From positions 1-38,688 of the IMG/VR virus record IMGVR_UViG_3300034020_000605: a DNA stretch of 38,688 nt; one strand, 5' to 3'. The position numbers and the translations under genes are program-made. Source of the DNA: a virus (taxonomy: Duplodnaviria > Caudoviricetes). The notes below the pieces were generated by a model. It was not told the origin of the DNA. It made no database searches and saw nothing but the letters and a program-made list of their open reading frames with translations. Shown here one piece after another: positions 8,702 through 20,882 of this stretch (within the stretch, counting starts at the first letter, position 1; every line of letters starts with the position of its first letter).

Positions 8702-10036
8702 TTACCGACGCCGAAACCGATCAATCCCGCTGGCCGGGTAAATCTGCGACGCCGTCCCCGCGCCGGCCGCCGCCGGTCCGGTTCCAGCCGCCGCCCCTGC
8801 CGTCGGCATCGCCGTCCCCGGCGCCACCTGCTTCAACAGCGCCCCGATCACCGCCATCATCGCCGCCTTCCCCTGGGCATCCGCCCCCGACATCAGCCGG
8901 TCCATCATCGCCTTCTTCTCCGGCCCTTCCTTCATATTGTTCACCTGCATAAACACCATCGGGTCCACGTCAGTCCCCGTCAGCGACTTAAACAGCGGGG
9001 CCAGATTCTTCAGCCGCTCCGTCACATCCGGAGTCGGCTCCACCTTCACCGGCGCCGCCGTCTGCGTCACCCGCCCCTCCGCGTCGATCGTCACCGTTCC
9101 GCCAGCTCCGCTCGCCGCCTCCTGGTTCCCCCTCATTACCCACTTCGTCCCATCCCACACCGCATTCCCGGCCGCCCCCGCCACCCCCTGCGGCTGCATC
9201 CGCCGGCGCTCCGCATCCCGGTCCGCTTCCCGGCTCCCGTCGGCCATCTGGTTCTCCCTCCCCATCTCCGCCGCGATTCGCCGCTTCCTCACACTCGTCG
9301 GCCCGCCCGTCCCCATGCCGCGCTCGATCCGCGCCCGCTGCATATCCACCGTGCGATTCTGCGCCTCCCGCTGCTCGATCACGCTCGGCGCCCGCACCAT
9401 CGGCGCAGCCGGCGCCCGTCCGGTTGCGGCCGCAGCCCCTGCGGCCGGCGCCACTGGCACCGCCCCCGCCACCGGCGCCACCGGCGCCCCTCCCATTACC
9501 GCGGGCGGCGTTCTCGCCGCCATCCCCGCCATCGCCGGACCCAGCGGGATCTGCCCCTGCCCGACAGACCCCTTATCCGACTGTGCATACACCCCACCGC
9601 CCCTCACATTCGCCTGCGGCACCACGATCACCCCACCGCCCGGCGGCCGAAACGCCACCGTTCCCGGCCGCTCGGACTGCGGTGCCAGCAGTTGCATCGC
9701 ATTCGCCGTCCCCACCCCCGGCACCGGGTCCAGCACCGTCCCCGCGTTCGGCCCGCTCGGCTCCGCATACGGCAGCGCATCCTCCCGCTGCTTCTGCGTC
9801 AGCCCGCCAATGTCGCCAAACGGATTAAACCTTCCAGGAGCCATCGGCGCCACAGGAGCAACCGGCGCCACAGGAGCCACCGGTACACTCGTCGCACCAG
9901 GTGCCACAGGTGCCACCCCAGCCACGGGCAAAGCCGGCATGTCCAGTTCCTCACGCCCGTCCAGCCTCGCATCCAAAGCGCCCTGCACCATATCATCCAG
10001 CGCCCAAGGCGTCCTACTCATCATTCGTGTCGCCAT
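8702..10036 (-). CDS. Ala/Pro/Gly-rich hypothetical protein, probable internal virion/ejection protein
   Basis: ATG 10036 after GGAGAAGGGGG; low-complexity protein immediately upstream of the giant protein. Function is positional inference. Confidence 0.55.
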   Translation of the reverse strand: MATRMMSRTPWALDDMVQGALDARLDGREELDMPALPVAGVAPVAPGATSVPVAPVAPVAPVAPMAPGRFNPFGDIGGLTQKQREDALPYAEPSGPNAGTVLDPVPGVGTANAMQLLAPQSERPGTVAFRPPGGGVIVVPQANVRGGGVYAQSDKGSVGQGQIPLGPAMAGMAARTPPAVMGGAPVAPVAGAVPVAPAAGAAAATGRAPAAPMVRAPSVIEQREAQNRTVDMQRARIERGMGTGGPTSVRKRRIAAEMGRENQMADGSREADRDAERRRMQPQGVAGAAGNAVWDGTKWVMRGNQEAASGAGGTVTIDAEGRVTQTAAPVKVEPTPDVTERLKNLAPLFKSLTGTDVDPMVFMQVNNMKEGPEKKAMMDRLMSGADAQGKAAMMAVIGALLKQVAPGTAMPTAGAAAGTGPAAAGAGTASQIYPASGIDRFRRR

Positions 10037-10059
10037 ACTACCCCCTTCTCCTGTTTCCA

Positions 10060-10088
10060 ATTATACACCCGTCCCAAAATCATGCCAC
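10060..10088 (-). promoter_or_regulatory. Putative sigma70 promoter for the two ejection-type genes
   Basis: GTGGCA (10088-10083), 17 bp, perfect TATAAT (10065-10060) in a short intergenic gap. Confidence 0.55.
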
Positions 10089-11995
10089 TACCGCCCATGC
10101 ACCATATTACGCAACAACTCTACGTCAGCCCCCCTCCGGTTCTTGTCGTAATCGGCCAACGATCCTGCGTGTTTCTTCGCGTCTTCCGCGTATCGTGAAG
10201 AGCGTGAGCGGATACCATCCGCCTCCGAAACATGCGCATGATTCAAAACCCACACGTCGCCCAGGTAATACAGGCGATCGATACTGCTACCGATCAGCGA
10301 CCACCACGTGTCCAGCCCAGAATGGAGCAGCCCCGGATACGCCGCATACCCCACCGCTTCCATCATGCGGCGGCTTATCACCGGAAACTCCAGCAGCCTG
10401 CATCCTGATCCTGCGTCTGAATACATCACCGCAACCCCGTCGTTCGGCCACCAGTCGCGCAACACAGCATCCCACCCCTTGCTCTCAAAAATCACGTCGT
10501 CGCAGACCAGTACCAAAATATCCCCCGTCGCCCGCCCCGCCATCTGGTTCCACTTAACCATTGTCGGCACCCCTACAACAACCGACTCGCGGCCAAACTT
10601 CTCCACGTACTCCGCCCTGCGAGCATCGGTCACGTCCGTCGCCACCAGCACTTCCACCTTATCGGGCCGTTCGGCGGTGTTAATGGCGGAGTCCATGAGT
10701 CGCTTTGCGAGGTCGGGACGGCCTTGGCTCACAACAAGCACGGAGATCACCGCGTCGCGGTACGCGCCCGTTTCTGCCGGCTTCTCAGTTCGGGGTTCCG
10801 GGTACCAGCCGACGTTGCTCGTCACTAGCGGGTGGCCCGAGTCCAATTTCCGCGCCGCAAAATAATCGGCACGCGAACCAGCGTAGTCCCCGACGCCCCA
10901 CTTCTTGATTGCCCTATGTACCAGTCCAGCAGCATCCATCGTGGTGCAAAATGTCTGGTAGTTCCCTGCGATACGGGCGTCACTGGCGTTTAGTTCATGG
11001 GCCTTCGTCAGCAACTGTACCGCCTCTTCCTTCTTCCCGATCCACCACGCCGCTACCCCGGCCAGATCATACGGGCCTTCGTGCTGTGCGTACCGGTCAA
11101 CCAGATAATGACTGGCGCTCTTAGGCGTCTTGATAGCCTGTTTGGCAGCGGCATAACACCCGGCGTAATTCCCGCGATTAAGCTGAACCGTTGCCAGTGA
11201 GATCCAAGGCTCTCGTTCTCCTGGGCATACTTCGACGCCCTTCTTGTACGCCCAGATCGCCTCACCCCACCGCCCGAGACGCCCAAAGCACTCCCCGGCC
11301 ATACGACACGACGCCGCCCGTTCCGCGCCCCATGCGTGCGGAAGCAATGCGTGCTTCGTCAACACGGGGATAGCCTCGGCATTGCGGTTTGCAAAATACA
11401 GCTCCCGTCCATAGTAGTGGAGTATCCGGTCATCCTTGGGGCGCTCCTTCACCGCGAGTTCGAGCAGTCCCATGTACGATCCCCGGCTCTTGGTGTGGTC
11501 TGGGCGGTGATACAATTCCAGTTCTACAAACCCGCCTCGCTCCTCGCACATTGCCTCAAGCACCTCGTGTACCGGACTCACCCAGCGGAAGTCCCGACTG
11601 TGGATCTTGTCATAAACAAACCGCTTGTCCGGACTACCGTCCGCGTTGAGCCTCCACGAATACCAATAGCGCAGGCGGTTCTTCCCCTCCCACGCGGCCA
11701 GTATCCTTTCCTTCCAGTCCGGGTTCTCAATCGTCTCGTCCACGTCCACCGAAAACAAGCAATCGTACTCTGCCGGTATCAAGTCGATAACGGCATTCCG
11801 CGCGACATCGAAACGCCAGGGGGAAACGGTGATGTTGTGTACTACCGCCCCGCAACGGCGGAAGGCCTCGACTGTCCCGTCCGTGCTCCCGGTGTCCCCC
11901 ACCACCACAAGATCGGCGTACTTGGCAGCCTCCATAAACCGCTCAACAAACGCTTCCTCGTTCTTCGCTATGCAGTAAATACAGACTTTCGACAT
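10088..11995 (-). CDS. Glycosyltransferase, GT2 - TPR - second GT2-like domain
   Basis: KVCIYCIAKNEE...GDTGSTDGT...WRFDVARN...VDVDE...VHE (GT-A fold), TPR-like helices (HYYGRELYF; AIWAYKKGVEVCPGEREPW), then ISVLVVSQGRP...ILVLVCDDVIF. ATG 11995 after AGGGGA. Confidence 0.9.
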   Translation of the reverse strand: MSKVCIYCIAKNEEAFVERFMEAAKYADLVVVGDTGSTDGTVEAFRRCGAVVHNITVSPWRFDVARNAVIDLIPAEYDCLFSVDVDETIENPDWKERILAAWEGKNRLRYWYSWRLNADGSPDKRFVYDKIHSRDFRWVSPVHEVLEAMCEERGGFVELELYHRPDHTKSRGSYMGLLELAVKERPKDDRILHYYGRELYFANRNAEAIPVLTKHALLPHAWGAERAASCRMAGECFGRLGRWGEAIWAYKKGVEVCPGEREPWISLATVQLNRGNYAGCYAAAKQAIKTPKSASHYLVDRYAQHEGPYDLAGVAAWWIGKKEEAVQLLTKAHELNASDARIAGNYQTFCTTMDAAGLVHRAIKKWGVGDYAGSRADYFAARKLDSGHPLVTSNVGWYPEPRTEKPAETGAYRDAVISVLVVSQGRPDLAKRLMDSAINTAERPDKVEVLVATDVTDARRAEYVEKFGRESVVVGVPTMVKWNQMAGRATGDILVLVCDDVIFESKGWDAVLRDWWPNDGVAVMYSDAGSGCRLLEFPVISRRMMEAVGYAAYPGLLHSGLDTWWSLIGSSIDRLYYLGDVWVLNHAHVSEADGIRSRSSRYAEDAKKHAGSLADYDKNRRGADVELLRNMVHGR

Positions 11996-12008
11996 GCTTA
12001 TCCCCTGT

Positions 12009-12793
12009 TTATGCGAGGCTGTAATCGACTCGCCCAAAATGGTTGGTTGTGTTCCCCAGTTTCAAAGTCACCGCCGCGTTGATGGTAGACGGAGTTGTTG
12101 GGTCTGTTGCGTCGTATCCAACGTATACTTCATGCGCCACCCCAAGAGACAGGTACTCAATGGTTCCAGAAGCCAAGACCTGACCCGCGGTAGCCCCGGA
12201 GGGGATTGTTACTGACGCAATGGAAACCCACCCAGCATCAGTGACGAAAGGTCGATATGCCTTACCAGTGGGTTCCGTGAAGGCAGGGGACCCGTCGTGT
12301 ATAAAGTAGTAAAAATTGAAAACAGCGTCGGATGTTGGTCCATCAGTGTAAACCACCTCCCAGTCCAGCTTCACGGTCTTCATCCGTTTGTATGGCAGTG
12401 CGAAGGCTAACCCGGTTTCAAGCGAGGTCCCCGATAATTCTGCCTCGAACAAATGGATGTAGTGCCAGGGGGAAAGCCAGTAGACAAACCAATTGGGGGC
12501 CGAGTACAACACCAAGCGATTGTACCTGTTCTCGAACTGCATCGGGGCCGCACGCACGGACGACGTTGGGCTTACACGTACCCAGTTTGCGGCCCATATG
12601 GGACAGATTAACTCAGCGGCCGACACAGAGGCTCCAGCATTTAGTGAGTAGTAAGGGGAAGTCCCACGGTACCACGGGTTCGGGAAGTATCTCCAGTACC
12701 GGATAACAGACGGCATGAAGATGTCCGCCAACACCGCCTTTCCACCCGCTCCGACGAGCGGGTTGACGTCATCTGTTACAAGGATACCACTCA

Positions 12794-12794
<1 letters not shown>
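12009..12794 (-). CDS. Hypothetical aromatic/beta-rich protein, possible fibre-associated subunit
   Basis: ATG 12794 overlaps the collagen gene stop (TGATG); lies between the collagen and glycosyltransferase genes. Confidence 0.6.
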
Positions 12795-14928
<2,134 letters not shown>

Positions 14929-14932
<4 letters not shown>

Positions 14933-16044
14933 GGCGTCACCGGGGGTACGATTAGCGTGGCAAAGAACGTCGCGTCCATTCCTGCAACTGGTACAACTTT
15001 CCAGGGGCTATAGCCGACAAGTTCGACTTTCCACGCCTGAAAAATAGTCACGCCCGTTACTAGATTGAAATTCCGAACGCCGGAATCAATCGGATACGGC
15101 GGTCCTGCTGCTGCTTTCGTCCAGTCATACACCTTTGCCGCCGCTCCGCTGTGTGTTGAATCGTTGTTCGTCGTGATCTTTACCCGGCGTATTCGAGCGT
15201 ACTCAAGACCCTTTCCCTTGTCGGCCGCTCCAGCGTCCTCGGAAGACGATCCAGTGCTTCTCCTGTTCTCGCTTATCTCAAGAGAGTCCTGATAGGTTAC
15301 TTGGTCATTTACCACGTAGGAATCTGTTGGTTGCGCAACGGTTGACACAAACGCTGTCGCAGATCCATCCTCAAGACCCAAATCGTTGAGGCCACAAGAC
15401 ATGTTCTTGTGTGCGTAGGCGGCCACACCGTCCATCAGTGTATCGCCGTACTGCGCCGCCTGATTTCTCCACCACCACCAATACCGCGTCCCGGGATTTG
15501 AGCCGTTATTGCACGAGAAAGACCCGTGTTCTTCTTGGGCCACGGCTACCTTCTGCTCCAAAACACACGAGTGTTTTCCGGTCTCTCGATCCCGCGATAT
15601 TGCGGCCAAACTGTATCCTGTTCCTGCGACAGATTGCGTGACCGTCGGGAGCGTTTCGACATCCCAGTAGAACGTCTGGGTCAAGACATAGGCCATCCCC
15701 TTCTCAACGATAAACCCAGCCGTCGCCCCAGCGCCAGACACCATCGTCTGAATAAAGGTAACGGTATTCTCATCTTGACCCTGCTCCCGCTCCCAAACGT
15801 GGCGGGTATACAGCCATGTCCCAAAATACGGCTTGCCCTCGATCTGCGGGGTCGTCTCCGTCGCCACACCCTGGAGATACTCCACCAGCCCCCGCAGCAG
15901 CTCCCTCGGCACATCCGGCAAGATCCGCTCCACCATCTGCACATCACTGCGCGGCCGCCAGTCCAGCGACTTCCGCACCTTCCACCTCTGGCCCGCCAGC
16001 CACCGCTGCGCCCTTATCGCCTGTTCTGCCAGATCTCCCGCCAT
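14929..16044 (-). CDS. Hypothetical protein, probable tail/virion component
   Basis: ATG 16044 after AAGGGG; stop overlaps the collagen gene start; no recognisable motif. Confidence 0.6.
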
Positions 16045-16081
16045 ACACACACCCCTTATTACTGCGCATCTCGTCCTGTGT

Positions 16082-16097
16082 GGCGCGTTCACGCGCC
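16082..16097. repeat. Junction hairpin motif A (GCGCG-TTCA-CGCGC); further copies 29135-29149, 30915-30929, 35835-35849
   Basis: Four near-identical copies at gene junctions, each preceded on the + strand by (T/C)CTGT(G/T). Confidence 0.85.
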
Positions 16098-16112
16098 ATC
16101 CGCCGCCCGCGC

Positions 16113-16136
16113 CAGCGAGCGTAGCGAGTTAGCGCC
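16113..16136. repeat. Junction motif B (CAGCGAGCGYAGCGA(A)GCTAGCGCC); further copies 23942-23966, 26866-26889, 29876-29900, 35067-35090, 35870-35894
   Basis: Six same-orientation copies, each at or near a gene 3' end. Confidence 0.9.
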
Positions 16137-16137
16137 C

Positions 16138-16848
16138 CTACGGCGTCGCCGGCACAGCCGCATTCGTCGGCGCCGCTGCCTTTGCCGGCATCAGCGCCTC
16201 GATCATACCCGCCACCGCCCCGATCCCGCTATCCCCCAGTGGGATCGTGACGGTCGGTGTCGCGGGGTTGCCGCTGGCGATGGTGTCGGTGCCGCCTTCA
16301 ATCATCTGGTCCTGCACGCCGATCTGCACGCTGCGCGGGTAGCTCGGGTTTTCCAGATTCGACGGCTCTTTGATCGTAAACGTGCATCCTTCAAACCGCA
16401 TCGTCTGGCACCTCGTCGCCGTCCCGCACCCCGCCAGCAGCGCCGCGAGCGACAGCGTAGCAAGCGCCACCGCGCACAGCACCCCGATCTGCGCGCTGCC
16501 ATTCAGCGTGGGGTCAGCATACGGCTTGTTGCCGGCGTTCCTGTACAGCTCGGCCTGGATCACCTTGGCATCCTTGCCCAGCGCCCACGCCGCAAGCAGC
16601 TCCTTGCGGGCCAGTATCACCGACTCCTTGAGCTTCGTGATTTCCTCGACCGTCACCGACTCATCCTTCAGGATGTCGTTGAAAAGTCCCGACAGCTCCG
16701 ACAGATGCTCCGCCGTCTTCCGCGCCTTGTCGATGTTATCTGGATCGAGCTTTGCGATCCACTTGTTCAACAGCGCCGCCAGTATTCTTTCGATTGGCAA
16801 CGCCGAAAAGATTGCCATTCCCAGCTTGATCAATACCGATGTCAACAT
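16138..16848 (-). CDS. Membrane protein with N-terminal hydrophobic segment and internal lipobox (LAGC, Cys141); possible lysis protein
   Basis: AGGAGG RBS; MLTSVLIKLGMAIFSAL..., helical middle, then VLCAVALATLSLAALLAGC. Confidence 0.6.
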   Translation of the reverse strand: MLTSVLIKLGMAIFSALPIERILAALLNKWIAKLDPDNIDKARKTAEHLSELSGLFNDILKDESVTVEEITKLKESVILARKELLAAWALGKDAKVIQAELYRNAGNKPYADPTLNGSAQIGVLCAVALATLSLAALLAGCGTATRCQTMRFEGCTFTIKEPSNLENPSYPRSVQIGVQDQMIEGGTDTIASGNPATPTVTIPLGDSGIGAVAGMIEALMPAKAAAPTNAAVPATP

Positions 16849-16893
16849 ACTATCCTCCTTGTTTATCCCCGGCGACCATCGCCGGAAAAATAG

Positions 16894-17124
16894 TCACTTC
16901 GAAAAAATCTTGGCGACGATCTGCCCGATCACCGCCACACACGTCACGCCGACTAGCCAGGATAAGGTCTGCATACTCTGCCGCAACACCGCAAGCTGCG
17001 CGATTACCGACGGCTGGCCGTTGCCGATAAAAACCGCTTTCACGAGCCGCGCCATTTCCTGGTCTAATCGCCCGATCTTGTCGGCCTGTTTGCACTCGAT
17101 CTCTTCATGTTTCTGATTCGACAT
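16894..17124 (-). CDS. Holin-like small membrane protein (coiled coil + C-terminal TM, XhlA-like architecture)
   Basis: 76 aa; AAAGGA RBS; C-terminal WLVGVTCVAVIGQIVAKIF. Confidence 0.55.
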   Translation of the reverse strand: MSNQKHEEIECKQADKIGRLDQEMARLVKAVFIGNGQPSVIAQLAVLRQSMQTLSWLVGVTCVAVIGQIVAKIFSK

Positions 17125-17213
17125 CGTTTATCCTTTCGTCGTAGAAGTTTGCCGGGAGGAAGGAAAAAAAGTAAACCCGCCTCCCGGCTCCAGCCCACTC
17201 GGGCCGGACGTCG

Positions 17214-18164
17214 TTAAAATAAGTTCCTCAAATAAGCCTCTTGTTTTCCGTTTTGGTAAATGCGCTCTAGATCGTCGGCGGAAAGACGCCAGTGGAATAC
17301 GCGGAAGTCGAATCGCGTTTCGGATTTATTGGGGCTGTTTTGGTAGCCAGTCATAAACAACTGGTAGATGCCTCCAGACGAGAAGCGATCGGCGCATGCT
17401 ATGGTCTGTGATGATGAGATCCACGATCCATTTGCGGTGCGGATTGATACCATGCTGGTGTGGTTGGTGCCGTCCGCAGCCAAGGATAGAGCCATGAATA
17501 CGAGGCCGTTGGTTGTGATTATCGAAACCACGGCGTTATCATTACTGTATCTGTTCGGCGTGTTGAAAAACCTGTAGCATGGGGTCTGCGAGATGCCGAT
17601 TGAAACGAGGCCGGTGCCGGTGAGGGTGCAGTTGTTGGATATGCCTGGGGTGACATTGCGAGTGAACGCGCCGGGGCCGAAGGTATTGGTAGCACCTGCG
17701 AGCGATAGTGTGACGGCGTTGCTGGCCCAGCCAGAAACTGTGTAGATGCCTTTTGGCCAACTGTTGGTGATAGTTGGGTGATTGGTGTATGTGGAAAACG
17801 GGAATGACGCGAACTCTGTCGGGGAGGCAGTCAGGTTGGTTCCGCCTGCAATGCCGTGCGCCCACGCGCCGCCGAGTAGATCGGGGTTGCTGTATTGCAC
17901 GGGCAGCGGTGTATAGTTGAGCATGGGGCACACGGTTAGCGCAAAGTTGGTGTAGGTGTGGCGGTACCAACCGGTGATCGTGATGCCATCGTGCGTGCCT
18001 GCGGGGAGGGTGGCATTCGCGATCTGATAGTTGGTGATTGCTCCGGCTGTCACGCGGCCAAACGAGGCGTCGCCCAGATTGGACGGAGCGAGACGCCACA
18101 GGGGCGCTGCGCACGCGGTGGACGCGATGAGCGCGAGGATGATGATGGATGTGGGTAGTCTCAT
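17214..18164 (-). CDS. Signal-peptide-bearing Thr/Asn-rich beta protein, possible LamG/ConA-like fold
   Basis: ATG 18164 overlaps upstream stop (ATGA); MRLPTSIIILALIASTACA signal; ITITGWY and DFRVFHWRLSADDLERIY resemble LamG termini. Confidence 0.6.
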   Translation of the reverse strand: MRLPTSIIILALIASTACAAPLWRLAPSNLGDASFGRVTAGAITNYQIANATLPAGTHDGITITGWYRHTYTNFALTVCPMLNYTPLPVQYSNPDLLGGAWAHGIAGGTNLTASPTEFASFPFSTYTNHPTITNSWPKGIYTVSGWASNAVTLSLAGATNTFGPGAFTRNVTPGISNNCTLTGTGLVSIGISQTPCYRFFNTPNRYSNDNAVVSIITTNGLVFMALSLAADGTNHTSMVSIRTANGSWISSSQTIACADRFSSGGIYQLFMTGYQNSPNKSETRFDFRVFHWRLSADDLERIYQNGKQEAYLRNLF

Positions 18165-19942
18165 GGTACGGTCGTGATTGCGGGGTTGACGTAGAGGTTG
18201 GTGCCGTATGCCCAGATAATGAAATGGTTGATTCTGTTGGTCTGCCAACTGCCGCCGCCGACGAAATACGTGGACGCGGGGAAGGTGAGCGAGTCGAAAC
18301 CCTGGGCGGTGACGTAGAGCGGTTGGGGCGAGCGCAGAGCCGTCCAGGTGGTGTCCAGTGCGCCGGTGCCGACTAGGGCGATTGGGGTCTCATAGACGTT
18401 GGTGATGGTGACGCTGCCGGTGAGGTTGCTGATGGTGATCCACGGCTGGTAGACGTATTGAGGGACGAGGGAGGGGATCGGGTTTGTGGCTGCGCTGATT
18501 GCGGCGGCCGTCTGCGAGGGGATCGGGTTCGTCGCTGCGGTGATCGCGGCGGCCGTCTGCGCGGGGATCGGGTTAGTTGCGGCCGTGATCCAACTGGGGA
18601 TCGGGTTTGTGGCGGCGGCGATAGCGGCGGCTCGGGCGGCGGGGATCGGGTTGGTGGAGGCCGTGATCCAACTGGGGATCGGATTAGTAGCGGCGGTAAT
18701 CGCGGCGGCGGTCTGCGCGGGGATCGGGTTAGTGGCGGCCGCAATGGCGGCGGGGATCGGATTAGTGGCGGCCGTGATCCAACTGGGGATCGGGTTCGTC
18801 GCGGCCGTGATCCAACTGGGGATCGGGTTCGTCGCGGCCGTGATCCAACTGGGGATCGGGTTCGTCGCGGCCGTGATCATGTCGGTGACGTTCGTCCCTC
18901 TTACCCGCAACTCGTCGGTGTACAAGGGCAGCCGCACCACGGGCCGACCGCACCACGTAGCGCCCCATCCGGTGGCCTGCGGGTTCGTGACGTAGTTGGT
19001 GGCGTTGGTGGTGTCAGCATATACAGCCGTCCGTTCCTGCGGCGCGTTTTGCGCAAAGAAAACAGATGTCAGATTAGTTGAGTACGTCGAAAAAGTCCCG
19101 ATGCCTACATTTGTGACAGAGTAAGCAGCGACTCTTTCGAGCTTATCGCAAGACAGAAAGGCAGCTTGTCCAAGTGTAGTCGCAGCGTCAATATCCGCAG
19201 TTTTCAGACTGTGACAGTGCCAAAATGCACCGTATTTAAAAACCTTGGTTGATTGAAGACTGACGCTAAGCAGACTTTCACAATCCATAAATGCATACTC
19301 AGTAACCTCAACAACGTTCTCCCCACCGCTGATGCTCGTAATTGCCGTGCCTGCGAATATAATACCGATGCTCGTTACGGGCAAGTTGTTCACCCTATCC
19401 GGCACAACAACGTCAGCCGGGCCGGAGTAGCCCGTCAGCGTGATCTGCACGCCGTCCGACGTCCATGTCCAGTTTGTCGCGCTGGCCGGGTTCTGCCATG
19501 CGGTGGCTATCGTGTTTGTCAGCGCGTTCAACCTGGCAATCGCGTTAGTGTCCGCCTCGACAGAAAGTTTGCCAGCGAGCGAGTTCGTCAGCTCCGTCCG
19601 CACAGCCGTCACGTTGTTGCTGTTTGCAAGGTCGCCCGCCACCCACTCCGCACGCCATACAGTGCCGGAAGCGCCGACGATTGTCGTAACGGAATTGCTG
19701 ATCGCGTAACGCGCCCAATACCCGACCTGATCTATGATATTCGTCGCCCGTACCTTCGCGCCCGTCTTGTCCATGAAGATCATCACGTCATTCGTTTCAA
19801 CCGATCCAAACACCGTGATCGTCCGCCAGTACGGACTAAAAACCCCTGGCGACGCGCTACCGCCTAGGTAGTAGTCCCCCGGCCCGCCCCATGCCGTTCC
19901 TGCCAGCGCCATCACCACTACCAGCATCGCCACTCTCTTCAT
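18161..19942 (-). CDS. BspA-type leucine-rich-repeat protein with signal peptide and TAATNPIP repeat stalk
   Basis: MKRVAMLVVVMALAGTAWG; ITLTGYSG...VVVPDRVNNLPVTSIG; YAFMDCESLLSVSL / GAFWHCHSLKTADI / AAFLSCDKLERV; then 11- and 15-aa tandem repeats. Confidence 0.8.
   Translation of the reverse strand: MKRVAMLVVVMALAGTAWGGPGDYYLGGSASPGVFSPYWRTITVFGSVETNDVMIFMDKTGAKVRATNIIDQVGYWARYAISNSVTTIVGASGTVWRAEWVAGDLANSNNVTAVRTELTNSLAGKLSVEADTNAIARLNALTNTIATAWQNPASATNWTWTSDGVQITLTGYSGPADVVVPDRVNNLPVTSIGIIFAGTAITSISGGENVVEVTEYAFMDCESLLSVSLQSTKVFKYGAFWHCHSLKTADIDAATTLGQAAFLSCDKLERVAAYSVTNVGIGTFSTYSTNLTSVFFAQNAPQERTAVYADTTNATNYVTNPQATGWGATWCGRPVVRLPLYTDELRVRGTNVTDMITAATNPIPSWITAATNPIPSWITAATNPIPSWITAATNPIPAAIAAATNPIPAQTAAAITAATNPIPSWITASTNPIPAARAAAIAAATNPIPSWITAATNPIPAQTAAAITAATNPIPSQTAAAISAATNPIPSLVPQYVYQPWITISNLTGSVTITNVYETPIALVGTGALDTTWTALRSPQPLYVTAQGFDSLTFPASTYFVGGGSWQTNRINHFIIWAYGTNLYVNPAITTVP
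18470..18880. repeat. Coding tandem repeat, 33-bp and 45-bp units
   Basis: Consecutive GGGGATCGGGTTCGTCGCGGCCGTGATCCAACT-type units encoding TAATNPIPSWI and TAATNPIPAQTAAAI. Confidence 0.9.
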
Positions 19943-19979
19943 ACACACCCCCACACACCCACACACCCACACACTCTCT

Positions 19980-20876
19980 CTACCTCGCCAGCCTCACCTC
20001 GCACCGCTGATCCGCCCCGGTCTGCACCATCAGGTTCGCCTGCAGCCGCTCCAGCTCCGCCTCCGCCTCGGCCATCGTCTTCCACTTCCCATCGTCCTCC
20101 GCCGACAGCTCGCTCTTCACCCGCAGCCTGATATACTCCGCAAACAGCTTCGGTATCCCCACCGGCGCCCACTTCTCCGGTGTCGATCCCGGCGCCTCTC
20201 CCGTCGTCCCCGCCAGCGCCTTGTAGCACACCTTGTCGACCGCCACATATACCAGCTCTTCCGCCGGATACGCCGTCCCCCCAGCCCACTCCGTATAGCT
20301 TATCTCCGGCGTCACCGGCACAAACCGCACATACGGCCGCAGCGGCGCCGTCCCATCCGCCGGCAGCAGCACCGTATCCTCCCAAAACCGCAGCCCCGTC
20401 ACCGCCTTGGCCCTCGGCGTCATCAGCGGGTCCAGATCATACGCAAACGCCCGCAGATCCACCCCCTGCACATCAAACTCCTGCACCGTATTGCCATCGT
20501 CATTCAGCCAAGACTGCGACATCGGCAAAAAGCAGATCATGCTCGTGTTACTCAACGCCGTCCAATACGTCCCCTCCACCGGCGTATTCCCCACATTCAC
20601 GTCCACCAGACTCTCCCAGTACGCCTCCGCGTAATAGACCTGGTGCCCATCGCTGTAGGTCAACCCCGCGCCCCACGTCGGCCGGTACTGCCTCCGCTCC
20701 GTCACCAGCAACTGCGGCCACCGTTGGCTCTCCCACGCCGTCCGCAGCGCCTGGTTCACCAGCGTAGCCATCGCCTCCTTCTCCTTCGTCGAGAGGGTCA
20801 TATAGTCGGGGTCCATGCCCCGGCTCCGCTGCGCCATCTCCAGCATCCGCCCCGCCGTTATTGTCTTGTAGCTCAT
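19980..20876 (-). CDS. Probable head-tail adaptor / tail tubular protein
   Basis: ATG 20876 after AGGAG; helical N- and C-termini (VNQALRTAWESQRWPQL...; IPKLFAEYIRLRV) typical of adaptors, with inserted W-x-x-G-x-x-Y modules; downstream of the portal. Confidence 0.5.
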   Translation of the reverse strand: MSYKTITAGRMLEMAQRSRGMDPDYMTLSTKEKEAMATLVNQALRTAWESQRWPQLLVTERRQYRPTWGAGLTYSDGHQVYYAEAYWESLVDVNVGNTPVEGTYWTALSNTSMICFLPMSQSWLNDDGNTVQEFDVQGVDLRAFAYDLDPLMTPRAKAVTGLRFWEDTVLLPADGTAPLRPYVRFVPVTPEISYTEWAGGTAYPAEELVYVAVDKVCYKALAGTTGEAPGSTPEKWAPVGIPKLFAEYIRLRVKSELSAEDDGKWKTMAEAEAELERLQANLMVQTGADQRCEVRLAR

Positions 20877-20882
20877 AGCTCT

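Noticed and set aside
18470-18880. CRISPR array
   Set aside because: Units are contiguous in-frame coding repeats without unique spacers; no cas genes.
17214-19942. Diversity-generating retroelement target (Asn-rich, receptor-like genes)
   Set aside because: No reverse transcriptase and no template/variable repeat pair differing at adenines was seen in the window.
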